Origin: an uncultured Planctomycetaceae bacterium
GTDB taxonomy: Bacteria > Planctomycetota > Planctomycetia > Planctomycetales > Planctomycetaceae
Direction: 5' to 3'
DNA length: 39,987 bases
Assembly: GCA_963976765.1 (NCBI GenBank)
Contig: CAXBME010000018.1
Span: 124,001 to 163,987, forward strand
The translations under genes and the position numbers were made by a program. Each line of letters begins with the position of its first letter. The first letter of the stretch is position 1. This document shows positions 1 to 9,800 of the stretch, one piece after another. The notes beneath the pieces are model-generated. The model saw only the letters and a program-made list of their open reading frames with translations. It made no database searches and was not told where the DNA came from.

Positions 1-1
1 T

Positions 2-469
2 CCCAAAGTAGCTGTCGAATCCGCGATCAACCGGTCCGCCAGGCAGCGGTTTGTCGTAACCGTCTTCTTTGAAGCCAACGTGCCATTTTCCCACCATCGC
101 CGTGCGGTACCCCTGCGACTTTGCCAGCGAGGCGATCGTCATCTGCTCTTCTTCGATCAGCGGCTGGCTCCGCCAGAGATTAACGTTGGTGCGAAACGGG
201 TAACGTCCCGTCAGGAGTCCGTACCGGGACATGTGACAAAGAGGTCCCGGCGCGTGAGCGTCCGTAAACCGCATACCATCCCGAGCCAGCGAGTCGATGT
301 TCGGCGTCGGAATCTTCGACTTCGGATTGAAGCAGCCTGGATCGCCGTATCCCATATCGTCCACAAGGATCACGACGATGTTTGGTCGCTCAGCGTTGGG
401 TCGCTCGGCTGCCATCACGCTGCCGCACGCAGCAAACACCCCAGTCAGAAAAAACAGAATTCGCTTCAT
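2..469 (-). CDS. Sulfatase (arylsulfatase-like, S1 family), N-terminal part; runs off the left edge of the window
   Basis: Absent from the ORF track because there is no stop in the window. Manual translation from ATG at 469 (GGTGGA upstream): MKRILFFLTGVFAACGSVMAAERPNAERPNIVVILVDDMGYGDPGCFNPKSKIPTPNIDSLARDGMRFTDAHAPGPLCHMSRYGLLTGRYPFR. Shows a signal peptide, PNIVVILVDD, TPNID and CxxSR..LLTGRY. Confidence 0.92.
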   Translation of the reverse strand, partial: MKRILFFLTGVFAACGSVMAAERPNAERPNIVVILVDDMGYGDPGCFNPKSKIPTPNIDSLARDGMRFTDAHAPGPLCHMSRYGLLTGRYPFRTNVNLWRSQPLIEEEQMTIASLAKSQGYRTAMVGKWHVGFKEDGYDKPLPGGPVDRGFDSYFG

Positions 470-674
470 TAATTCCACCAGCAGACTCGCTTTCGTTCTT
501 CGGATAACCCATGCGGGAAACAGCGGCCATCAACGGCAGCCCGCCCAATCTCCCTGAGCGCGAAACCTCGTTTCTGCTGGTTCGGCAGCCGCAGGCTCGC
601 TGACGCCCCGATGGTACCGAATCTGTCCGCGAACGCGACCATCCTGGCGACGCGACAAACCAGAGAAGGTGTAC

Positions 675-3600
675 CTAAGCGTTATCAGATTCTGAGGAAG
701 TATCCTCGGCTGGAACTGCAGCATCGTTCAGCCAGGCAGCAAAGCCCGGAAACTCCCGGCTCAAACGTTGCAGTTCTTCAGTCTCCAGGTGCTGAAGCCT
801 TTCAGGCCACGTCCCAGACCGAGCGTATCCAGCGGCGACTTTCAGCGGCACGTTAAACTCTTCACGGAGTATGCGAACCTTTCGAGCGACCGCGATCCAC
901 TCTTCGAGACGCTTGAACTGGCCGCCCCGTTGTTCGATCACTCCCTGCCGGTCACCTGCCAGATCTGCCAGTTCATGAATCGAATTAACGCCCTCGGCGA
1001 CGAGCACCTCGGCGCTCTTCGCGCCCAGTCCAGGCAACATGCTGAGTTCCCTGACTTCCTTCCGACTGACGGCGGCCCTGGATCCAGCAGTAGCTTTTTC
1101 GACAGTTTCTGAGACGGTGTCAGAGGCTTGAGGTTGTTCCGTCACCGTTTCTGTCAACGTCTCAGCGACCGTAGTCTCTGCCGGACCCCTGAATACTGAG
1201 GCAACGTTCGAGGCAGGATTCGCTCTTGCCCCATCCGACTCCGAAGCGCGTCCGCCTCGCAACTGTTCGACCGCCTGCTGGAGATGTTGCAGTTGATTCT
1301 TAAACTCTGCAACGAAACCGGGATCGTTCAAGCGAACGCTTCGCAGTAGATCAAATTCGCGGACCACCAACTGAAGTTGAGACTCGATGCGCGTCAGTGG
1401 GCCAGACATCCCATTTGTCACATCTTTCACGTCGTCAGCGATCGATGCCGTTTCATCCTGGATCGAACGAACCATGTCATCGCTCATTGATGCGAGTCGT
1501 GCCAGTTCCCTGCTGAGCTGTTCGGTTCGACCGGTATGTTCGACCTGACGCCGTTCTGAATCGTGCAGCCCTGATTCGAACTCGTGCCTCACCTGGTCAA
1601 TCTGATCCCGCACTGACTGCACGGTAATCTGCACGGTCGTCAGCTGCTGTCTCATCTCTTGAGTGATCGCGGTTGAAAGCTGACTGCCGACAGCTTCCAG
1701 ACGCATCGGCAGTTGCTCGACCTGCTGACCGATACGGCTGATGGATTCGCGAGTTCCCTCAGTCCTGGCCTGTGTCAGATCGGCCTGACGTTCCAGGTCG
1801 CCACGAGCTTCTCGAACCAGTTGGCCAAGCGGCATCAGTTGACTGTCCGATTTTTCAGCAATGCGCCGAATCGTTTCCTCAGCACAGTCATGGATATTTT
1901 TCTGCAATCCTTCCCTCGCGATTCCGACATCTTCACGGCACGCTTCAATCGTGCTCCGCGTCGCTTCAAATCGCTCTGCAGAAACGCGAGCGGCTTCCTG
2001 AAACTGACCGCTGACGGCTGCGGAGTTCTCCTTGATCAACTCAGCCTGAACGGTTGCCTGATGGACGATCGTCGTCTGAAGAGCGGCCACGTTCTGCTGG
2101 CGATCTGCCTGCGCCGCGCTCTCGTAATCAAGAATCTGCGACTGACCAGCAAGCAGCTTTTCTTCAGTCCGCGCAAGCTTGTCCTCGACTTTTCCAATCG
2201 ATTGTGAAACCACCTCAGTCACGCGACCGAGCTGACCTGTCGCCAAGCTTCCGATTTCCTCCAGTCGGCGACCGGCATCCTGCTGCAGACTTTTGGCTTC
2301 CTCAATCTTCTGCATCGTTTTTTCAAACTGCTGAGAAGCCAGCTCTGTCACACGCTTTTCAATCGTTTGCTCCGTCGTTCTCAAATCAGCAATCGCTTCT
2401 TTGCGTTGTTCGGCAAGCTTTTGTGCGATGGTTTCCGTCACGGATCTGGAAACGTGCTCTCCTTTCTCTCCAATGGCCATGCCGAGCTGACCGCCGAGGA
2501 GTTTTGTCGTGATCATCGAAGCACCCGGACCACCCACTAAAAACAGTGCTCCCAGCAGGCCTCCCACCGTGGCAGACCAGTCAACGAATGGAGCAATCCA
2601 GGATTCCTGGAAAACCTGCAGCTCTTTCTTCAGCCCTTCCTTTTCTTCGTTTGCGATTAACTGTGCGTCCTCCAGCTCCTGGAGTCGGCTCTTGTCTGCC
2701 GTACTCGACTTCAGCAGTTCCTGATTGACCAGCCTCTCCTTCGTAAGCAGTTCCTCAGCATCCAACTGCAGTCGTGTTTTCTCACCAAGTTCCACTTTCG
2801 CTGCCGCCCAATTCTTCCCGAGAGTTTCCGCCTGAATCTTCAGTTGAGTGATCTGCCCGCTTTGCTCTGCAATCTGAAGTTCCTTTCCAGCGACATCGTT
2901 TTTCAGCAACTGTTCCGCTTCTCTGACAGACTGCAGTTCGGCAGTTAACCCGCCAGCCGTCTCGCGGCACCGTTGGATTTCTTCACGGACCTTGACGAGT
3001 TCCTCCGCCGCCAACTGGTAATCACTCTTGAGCCGCTCCAGCGTCGATTGTCGATGACGTCTCACTCCGTCACAGGCTTCCCTCACCGATGCCAGTCCGG
3101 TTGGAATGTCGTTCTCACTGGTGAGGCTGATTGAATCTCCTCCTGCAAAAGTAGCCAGTGCCTGTAACCGATCAGCGACGGCTCCGTGCTTGCAGATACC
3201 AACCAGTACGAATCTCAGACGCCCGGCAAACACATCGTGCAGTTTTCCAGCAGCCAGATTCGCAGCATCGGGGTTGAGATCCTGACCGTCAGTCACCATG
3301 ACAACCAGCGGCGACGAGGCAGGATCGAGCCGGTCAATAATTCGCTGAAAACAGGCGACCAGATTTCCTTCGCCAAAGGAAGCAAGAGTTTCAACGCCTC
3401 GGCGAATCTGTGTGCGATCGGCAGCCGCCATTGGCCCCAGAGGCCGCAGTTCTGAAACGTCGTCGCGCAACGTCAGCACACCGAGATTTATTCCAGCGGG
3501 CGCAGAGTCGAGCACACTGGACGTTAAAACCCTCGCCAGATCCAGCCGGGACGCTCCCTGAGTCGAACCAGTGCCGTACTGCATACTGGCCGTTGCATCG

Positions 3601-3854
3601 AGCACCACCAGAATGTCGGTAATCGGTCGATCTTCGACACTCACCACACGATTCGAAGAAGCAACCGCTGACTGCGGGGCCAACTCCCCTGCAGTGGACT
3701 CGTTCGCTTCGGTCGCCAAAACAAGCAAAGCCCCCACCAGAACAATTCGTCGAACGATTCGAACAGTGGTGCCACGAAGGACCGGGCGTCGAACAATGAT
3801 CGGCAGATTTCGTTGGCAATCGTTGAAAAACATAATCATCAGCCCAATCTGCAA
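675..3854 (-). CDS. Membrane-anchored protein: N-terminal vWA domain, long coiled coils, central TM segment, C-terminal helix-hairpin-helix domain
   Basis: 1059-aa ORF. Hydrophobic N-terminal segment RRIVLVGALLVLA; MIDAS-like ILVVLDATASM and VVMVTDGQD; heptad-rich Q/E/L segments; hydrophobic TVGGLLGALFLVGG; HhH-like LSMLPGLGAKSAEVLVAEGVNSIHELA. The exact start is uncertain. Confidence 0.8.
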   Translation of the reverse strand: MQIGLMIMFFNDCQRNLPIIVRRPVLRGTTVRIVRRIVLVGALLVLATEANESTAGELAPQSAVASSNRVVSVEDRPITDILVVLDATASMQYGTGSTQGASRLDLARVLTSSVLDSAPAGINLGVLTLRDDVSELRPLGPMAAADRTQIRRGVETLASFGEGNLVACFQRIIDRLDPASSPLVVMVTDGQDLNPDAANLAAGKLHDVFAGRLRFVLVGICKHGAVADRLQALATFAGGDSISLTSENDIPTGLASVREACDGVRRHRQSTLERLKSDYQLAAEELVKVREEIQRCRETAGGLTAELQSVREAEQLLKNDVAGKELQIAEQSGQITQLKIQAETLGKNWAAAKVELGEKTRLQLDAEELLTKERLVNQELLKSSTADKSRLQELEDAQLIANEEKEGLKKELQVFQESWIAPFVDWSATVGGLLGALFLVGGPGASMITTKLLGGQLGMAIGEKGEHVSRSVTETIAQKLAEQRKEAIADLRTTEQTIEKRVTELASQQFEKTMQKIEEAKSLQQDAGRRLEEIGSLATGQLGRVTEVVSQSIGKVEDKLARTEEKLLAGQSQILDYESAAQADRQQNVAALQTTIVHQATVQAELIKENSAAVSGQFQEAARVSAERFEATRSTIEACREDVGIAREGLQKNIHDCAEETIRRIAEKSDSQLMPLGQLVREARGDLERQADLTQARTEGTRESISRIGQQVEQLPMRLEAVGSQLSTAITQEMRQQLTTVQITVQSVRDQIDQVRHEFESGLHDSERRQVEHTGRTEQLSRELARLASMSDDMVRSIQDETASIADDVKDVTNGMSGPLTRIESQLQLVVREFDLLRSVRLNDPGFVAEFKNQLQHLQQAVEQLRGGRASESDGARANPASNVASVFRGPAETTVAETLTETVTEQPQASDTVSETVEKATAGSRAAVSRKEVRELSMLPGLGAKSAEVLVAEGVNSIHELADLAGDRQGVIEQRGGQFKRLEEWIAVARKVRILREEFNVPLKVAAGYARSGTWPERLQHLETEELQRLSREFPGFAAWLNDAAVPAEDTSSESDNA

Positions 3855-4358
3855 ATGTCGAGAACGCTGTTAAACCGGTTACGCAATTTCGCCATCGAGC
3901 AGACGGCGACGGAAGTCGACAACGACCTGACCATTGATCGTATTACGCGGAAAAGGTGCCGTACACGACCGGTCGAACGGAACAACCACGCGCCGCAACT
4001 TTTATCCAGGGTGCAACAACTTGTCAGAAAATTCGGGTGGCACGTCGCACGCCGGCTCGCCATCAGCAGTGACTAATCAGCAGCCAGCAACGGACGTGAC
4101 ATTTCGCCAGACTCGTTCTTCCTGAACTTTCGCGACCAGTCCACCGAGGCGATGGCATCAACGATCGCAAATCCGAGATTCAACCGGTCGGCGCAGCCGT
4201 CGGCTCGAAACCTGCCGTTGAGTCGCTTTTTCTTCGAGCGTCACCGAACATGCTTGCCACCGGAAAGGTTCCTGAATGCCGAGTTCGCTCACGCACTCAA
4301 CCAACTCAGCAGAGTCGTCAATTCAGCAAAGCAGCCAACAACGAATGGAGCATGAACG

Positions 4359-5324
4359 ATGAACAGTCTGGAACAACTCAAGCAGCATACAGTCGTCGTC
4401 GCCGATACGGGGGACATCGACGCGATCGCGAAACACAAGCCGCAGGACGCCACGACAAATCCATCGCTGCTGTACAAGGCCGCCCAGATGCCTCAGTACC
4501 AGCCGCTCGTTGATGAAGCCATCGCCTACGGACGCGCGGCTGGCAAGAGCGACAGTGAATTGATCGACGCAATCATCGACAAACTCTCGGTGACATTTGG
4601 CTGCCGGATCCTGGACATCATTCCGGGGCGGGTTTCAACGGAAGTCGATGCCAGGCTGAGCTTCGACACCAAAGGAACGATTGCGAAAGCTCACCAGTTA
4701 ATCGCTCTCTACAAAGATGCCGGAGTCAGTTCAGACCGAATCCTCATCAAGATTGCCAGCACCTGGGAAGGAATCTGCGCTGCCGAGCACCTTGAGAAGG
4801 AAGGCATTCATTGCAACCTGACTCTGCTGTTTGGATTCGGTCAGGCCGTTGCGTGTGCCGAAGCCGGAGTGACTTTGATCAGTCCGTTCGTCGGCCGAAT
4901 TTACGACTGGTACCGCAAGAGCCAGGGAGTCGACGCGATTCCAATCAGCAAAGACCCCGGCGTTCAATCAGTCACATCCATCTTTAACTACTACAAGAAA
5001 CATGGTTACAAAACCGAGGTCATGGGAGCCAGCTTCCGCACCAAAGAACAGGTGATGGCCCTTTGCGGGAGCGACCTGCTGACCATCTCACCCGACCTGC
5101 TCAGCCAACTCGCCGACAACAAAGCTGACATTCCGAAGAGCCTCGACGCAACCGCTGCTCAGAACATGAACATCGAGCGAGTCGACATGAACGAAGCCAC
5201 GTTCCGCTGGATGTTAAACGAAGACGCAATGGCCACCGAGAAACTGGCCGAGGGAATTCGAGGCTTTTCAGCAGACCTCGACAAACTACGAGCCTATCTC
5301 CACGATCGAATGAGTAAAGCATAG
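4359..5324 (+). CDS. tal: Transaldolase
   Basis: [41 protein letters not shown] (catalytic Lys), [30 protein letters not shown] upstream. Confidence 0.98.
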   Translation: MNSLEQLKQHTVVVADTGDIDAIAKHKPQDATTNPSLLYKAAQMPQYQPLVDEAIAYGRAAGKSDSELIDAIIDKLSVTFGCRILDIIPGRVSTEVDARLSFDTKGTIAKAHQLIALYKDAGVSSDRILIKIASTWEGICAAEHLEKEGIHCNLTLLFGFGQAVACAEAGVTLISPFVGRIYDWYRKSQGVDAIPISKDPGVQSVTSIFNYYKKHGYKTEVMGASFRTKEQVMALCGSDLLTISPDLLSQLADNKADIPKSLDATAAQNMNIERVDMNEATFRWMLNEDAMATEKLAEGIRGFSADLDKLRAYLHDRMSKA

Positions 5325-5335
5325 ACTCGCAGCGA

Positions 5336-6760
5336 TTAAAGGCTGACACCAAGGCTGGCGCTGTCCGGGTGGTCGGGGTTGACGGTTCCTGGCGGGTAGA
5401 TGGCTGGCAGCGGGCGAGTGATGCCTGAGACCTCGGCGGGAACATCCAGCAGTGAATCAAGGGACACGACCGATTTCGGCGGCAGATCAGGAAGCGCTAA
5501 CTCAGCGAGCACTGTCGAGTTGGTTCGTGATGGAAGCGGAAGCTCGAATCGTTCAATCCAGGCTTCGTGTTCATCTCCGAAGACCTGCTGAACTTCATCC
5601 AGCGCGACAGCGCGGTCGATGGCCGAATCGAATTGGCGCCAGACATAACGCGCCAGTTCGTCCAGCTTCGTCGTTGAACGATTCAGCCGAGCCCCCTTCA
5701 GGACGGTCACCCAGGCTTTGTGACGGTCACCCGTCGCGATGTAATGTTCGGCGAGGTATCGCCAGCCGGTTTCAAGCGATGGGTTTAACTCGACGGCCTT
5801 CTGCCAGTCGGCGAGCGACTGGGTTTGTGTTATCGCTCGCCAGGCAAAATAACGTCCATCCCAGGTTGGTCTCATCAGAGCAAGAATCGCCAGCACGAGA
5901 GCTGAGTGAATGACGACCAGGCCGGCACCGCTGGCCAGTCGACTTCGCAGACCGACATCATAGCACAGCCAGCCAACGACGGCTCCGTAGAGTAAGCCCA
6001 GAAGGTGCGCACCGTTTGCAATTGGAATATCCAAAAACATCGTCAGAGGAATGCAAATGAAAAGTGACGCAAAACAGATCGGCACGAGTGACGGATGCAT
6101 CCGCTCGGCGATGTCGTGGTCGTGGCGCCGGACGGCCAGAATCAGGCCGAACTGCGCAAATACCATTCCCGAAATGCCGACGGCACTCTGATTCATCGCG
6201 ACTTCCGGCAGAATTGAAAATGTCGCGGCGCCAACACAGAACACGAGGTAGCGAATTTTGCCCAGCTTCGGTTCGAGAAGATCTGCAAACATCCAGAATG
6301 CCAGAGCGTTCATTATCAGATGAACCAGGTTGCCGTGGTGGAATGCGCTGATCGTCAGTCGCCACCATTCCCCTTCCCACAACTTGAACATGCCGTTGAC
6401 GTCGGGAAAGTCTGTCAACAGCAGCACGTTCAGTGCTCCGGGTTTGACGACCAGCCCACTGACGCTGCCGACTGAGTACGATGCCGAGACCGACATTGCA
6501 TACAGAAAGCACGACACCAGGATCAGCAGACACGTCACCGGTAGCCGACAAACGGCTCGACCGAGTGTTCCGAATGGTGAAATCCTGACGGTCACTGATC
6601 TGGGATCCGATTCTGAAGAAGGAATGCGAGTGGTACGGGAACCCGGCCACTGCGAGGGATGATCGCAGACGGTCCCAAGGAAACAACAGAAGCCCGGCAC
6701 CCTCCCAGTTGCCGGGCTTCTGATGGCGATTTGCTGACGAGCTTCCGGACTCTTTTCCAT
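5336..6760 (-). CDS. Rhomboid-family intramembrane serine protease with C-terminal TPR-like soluble tail
   Basis: GEWWRL, FHHGNLVHLIMN, catalytic GISG and AHLLG motifs, several TM helices; TPR-like WQKAVELNPSLETGWRYLAEHY. The true start may be downstream of 6760 (e.g. GTG at 6595). Confidence 0.9.
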   Translation of the reverse strand: MEKSPEARQQIAIRSPATGRVPGFCCFLGTVCDHPSQWPGSRTTRIPSSESDPRSVTVRISPFGTLGRAVCRLPVTCLLILVSCFLYAMSVSASYSVGSVSGLVVKPGALNVLLLTDFPDVNGMFKLWEGEWWRLTISAFHHGNLVHLIMNALAFWMFADLLEPKLGKIRYLVFCVGAATFSILPEVAMNQSAVGISGMVFAQFGLILAVRRHDHDIAERMHPSLVPICFASLFICIPLTMFLDIPIANGAHLLGLLYGAVVGWLCYDVGLRSRLASGAGLVVIHSALVLAILALMRPTWDGRYFAWRAITQTQSLADWQKAVELNPSLETGWRYLAEHYIATGDRHKAWVTVLKGARLNRSTTKLDELARYVWRQFDSAIDRAVALDEVQQVFGDEHEAWIERFELPLPSRTNSTVLAELALPDLPPKSVVSLDSLLDVPAEVSGITRPLPAIYPPGTVNPDHPDSASLGVSL

Positions 6761-6803
6761 CGATTGCTCAGTGGAGAAAGTCCGTTAACCTCGTCCGCAA
6801 ATC

Positions 6804-9800
6804 TCAACGTTTTCGCAGCTGACTTTCTCCGAAAAATTCCTCGACCTTCTGGTGAAGGTCAATCTCCCGCTCCCGCCTGTTCGGGATGCTGTTGTCGCGT
6901 TCCGGGTTGCGAACCTTCCAGACGACCGGTGGCAGCTTACCGGGAGTCGTTCCCGTTCCGGGCAACAGATACAGCTTCTGCATCTCTTCGAGATTCATCG
7001 GACGGGCTCCGATTCGACCGAACACCGAAAGCTGGTCGCCGGCTTCGTCGACGGCACGGTCGCGATCGAATGCTTCGCTGACTGCGAGTGCATGGCCACC
7101 GTGTGGGATTTTGAACGATGAGACAAGTTGCGGCGTCGGTCTCGGTGAGAAACCGTCGTTCCCTGGTGTCTTTGGCGAGGTAAGCTGAACGATGTGCAGA
7201 CCGTTATGCCCATCGGCCAGGTAGGCGTACGCACTGGCATAGGTGAATCCCAGTTTTACATCGTGCAGATCGTTGATTCTGCCACCCGCCGTGAAAACCT
7301 GATCCACTTTCGGATCGCGAGGATTCTTCACATCCAGAATGGTCAGTCCATGACTTCCCGTCGCGACGTAAGCATAAGTTCGAGCGACGTAGATGTTGTG
7401 AGCTTCTTCCAGATGAAGCGAGGTCACGGGTTCGGGGGATTCCGGATTCGTTACATCCATCACCTTGATACCGTCGTGGTCGCAGATGAAAGCGTAACGA
7501 AACTGAAATTCGACGTTGCCCGGCTGGTTGAGCCATTCGCCTTCGGGCAGGACATTGACGACGTGCAGATTCTTGTGATCTTCGATATTGACGATCACCA
7601 TCCCGGCGTCGCAGGCAATCCAGGCATATTTACCCCAGACCGTGATGCGGCGTGCTCCGTTCAGGATGCCGTCTGGATTGAACACGACGTCCTTCTTCAC
7701 AAAGTTGTTGTTCGGGTTTCCGTCGAGCAGCGTGCCGGCTCCGACCAGAAAGAGTCCTTCGCAGCTGTCCGTGCAGTAAATGAATGCGTACCGCATCGGG
7801 ACAGCCTGTTCGAAGTTTTCCGGCTGGTGAGTTCGCGTTGGATCCGGAGCCATCGTTGATGGCGATGCGACGTCGGTGCAGTTCTTAGATCGGACGTAGA
7901 ATTTCTGACCAAGCGGCGAGACGGGAGCTGTCGTGTATCGTTCCGCAAAACCTTTGTGATCGGTGAAAGCGATGTCGAAGATGCGGAAGCCGCCTTCGCC
8001 ACACGCGGCATAAAGGTATTCGCCGCGATGCTGAAGGTTCAGAATTTCGTGTTTCATGCCAGGATGCATCAGATTGTCGGCGATGTCACGTCCCGGATGT
8101 TCATAAGCTGTCTGAAGCTGGCGATCGTTTGCCAGATGCTGCTTGTAGTATTCCGGAAAAGCATCGCGATGCATCGTGCTGCCGATGATCGATTGTGGCT
8201 CGTCGCGTTCCTGAATCACCGGTGACCAGACACCGTGCTCCCCGGCGGCGATCCAGGCGTAACGGCCCATGTGGTTCATGTATTTGGTTCCGAGCATCAG
8301 CAGCTGCGACATAATCGCGTTGTTGTCGTCGTCACCCGAAAGGTGGCAGTCAGCACACATCTTGGTTTCGCCGCGTCCTCGAACGGTGTGCGGCACGTTG
8401 GTGCTGAAGGCACATCCGCTGAGCCCTTCGGCCGAAATCGTCTGCTGTTGATAGTAGACGTTTTCGCGGTTTCCGTTGTACGACGACACGTGGACGGAGC
8501 AGGCTGAGCGGACCGGATTGATTCGCTGACCGGTTGCGTTGGCATCTTTCGCCAGCATGAACACGTCATCACGCAGCGTCTGGAAATTGTACGCGGTGTA
8601 GTTCTTTGTGACGTCGCCTTCGTAGTGCAGTTCCGGCATCTTTTTGTCAGCCTTCTGCACGAGATGACAACCGAAGCAGCTTGGGTTCCACGACGAGTGA
8701 CAGGCGATGCAGTTCATATCCTGAATCGCGTGGGCACATTGTTTCGGATCTTCGGGAACATCGCCCCACAGGAAGTCGTACTGATTTTCGTTCTTCGTGA
8801 ACCGAACAGTCTTGGAAAGCGCGGACAACGCGTTGTAGTCAGGATGGCTCGGTGTGATCGTGTCTCGAACCTGTTTGATTCTCCATGAAAGATCTGGCTC
8901 GACCATCGAGTTCTGTACGATCGTCCCGTCCGGCAATTCCTCGAATCGACGCTTGCCGAATGGCGTTCGCATTGCGGCCAGATTGCGGCCAACGTTCTTC
9001 GTTTCTTCGTTTCGCTCGGTCACCATCCCCGGCCAGATGTTGCCTTTGGCAGCCGGGCCGGATGTTCTCAGTGGAGCGAATTCTGAAATTGTGCCATGAC
9101 AGTCGGTGCACGTGATTTCGATGGCGTCGCGAACACCGCCGTAGAGTTTGGTATCGCCGTGGTTGTCCTGCACAAAATGGCAATCGACACAGTGCATGCC
9201 CATTTCGAGGTGGATATCCAGCATGTGGACCGGAGTATTTTCCCGCATCTGCCGCAGAGCTGATTCGAGTCGCAACACGCGGTCGCGTTCTTCCTCATTG
9301 ACTGGATAGCCGTCTTCAGCCACGTGAGCGTAGTCGCGGTTGCGGAACTGTTCCTTGACGACTTCCGGAACCTTAACGGCAAGCATCTTCTGTTGCGGAG
9401 TAACGTTGTGCAGTTCGTTGCCGTCGTGAGTCATCAGCGTGCCCTGACGATCCTTCTTGAAGACCGCTCGGTAGTTCCAGCCGTGACCGTGGAAATCGGC
9501 CAGCGTGTGCTGTAGCTGAGGATTCAAGTCGACAATGTCAGCCAGAAACTCGTAGTCCGCAGTCAGCATCTTGGTATCAATGTCATTCGGGTTGTTCATC
9601 TGCCGTCGGACGAATTCTTCCGACGTCGAATCAGCCTGCTGCTGCGGATAAAGATGCTCGCCATCGGTTTCCTGGTCACTCCAGATGTAGCCGATGTACG
9701 AATTCATGACCGTCGTCCCGGGGTGCATGTGACAGATCATGCACTGACTGGTCGGGATCGCCGTTGTGAAGCGATGAGTGATCGGGTGGCCGCTTTCCCA

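Noticed and set aside
380..409. 15-bp imperfect duplication encoding AERPN-AERPN
   Set aside because: A small in-frame duplication in the post-signal linker of the sulfatase; no evident functional meaning.
80..472. 130-aa plus-strand ORF
   Set aside because: Antisense to the clear minus-strand sulfatase.
4037..4052. TGGCACGTCGCACGC, a GG-N10-GC box upstream of tal
   Set aside because: The -12 element lacks TTGC and it lies ~300 nt from a housekeeping gene; too weak to call.
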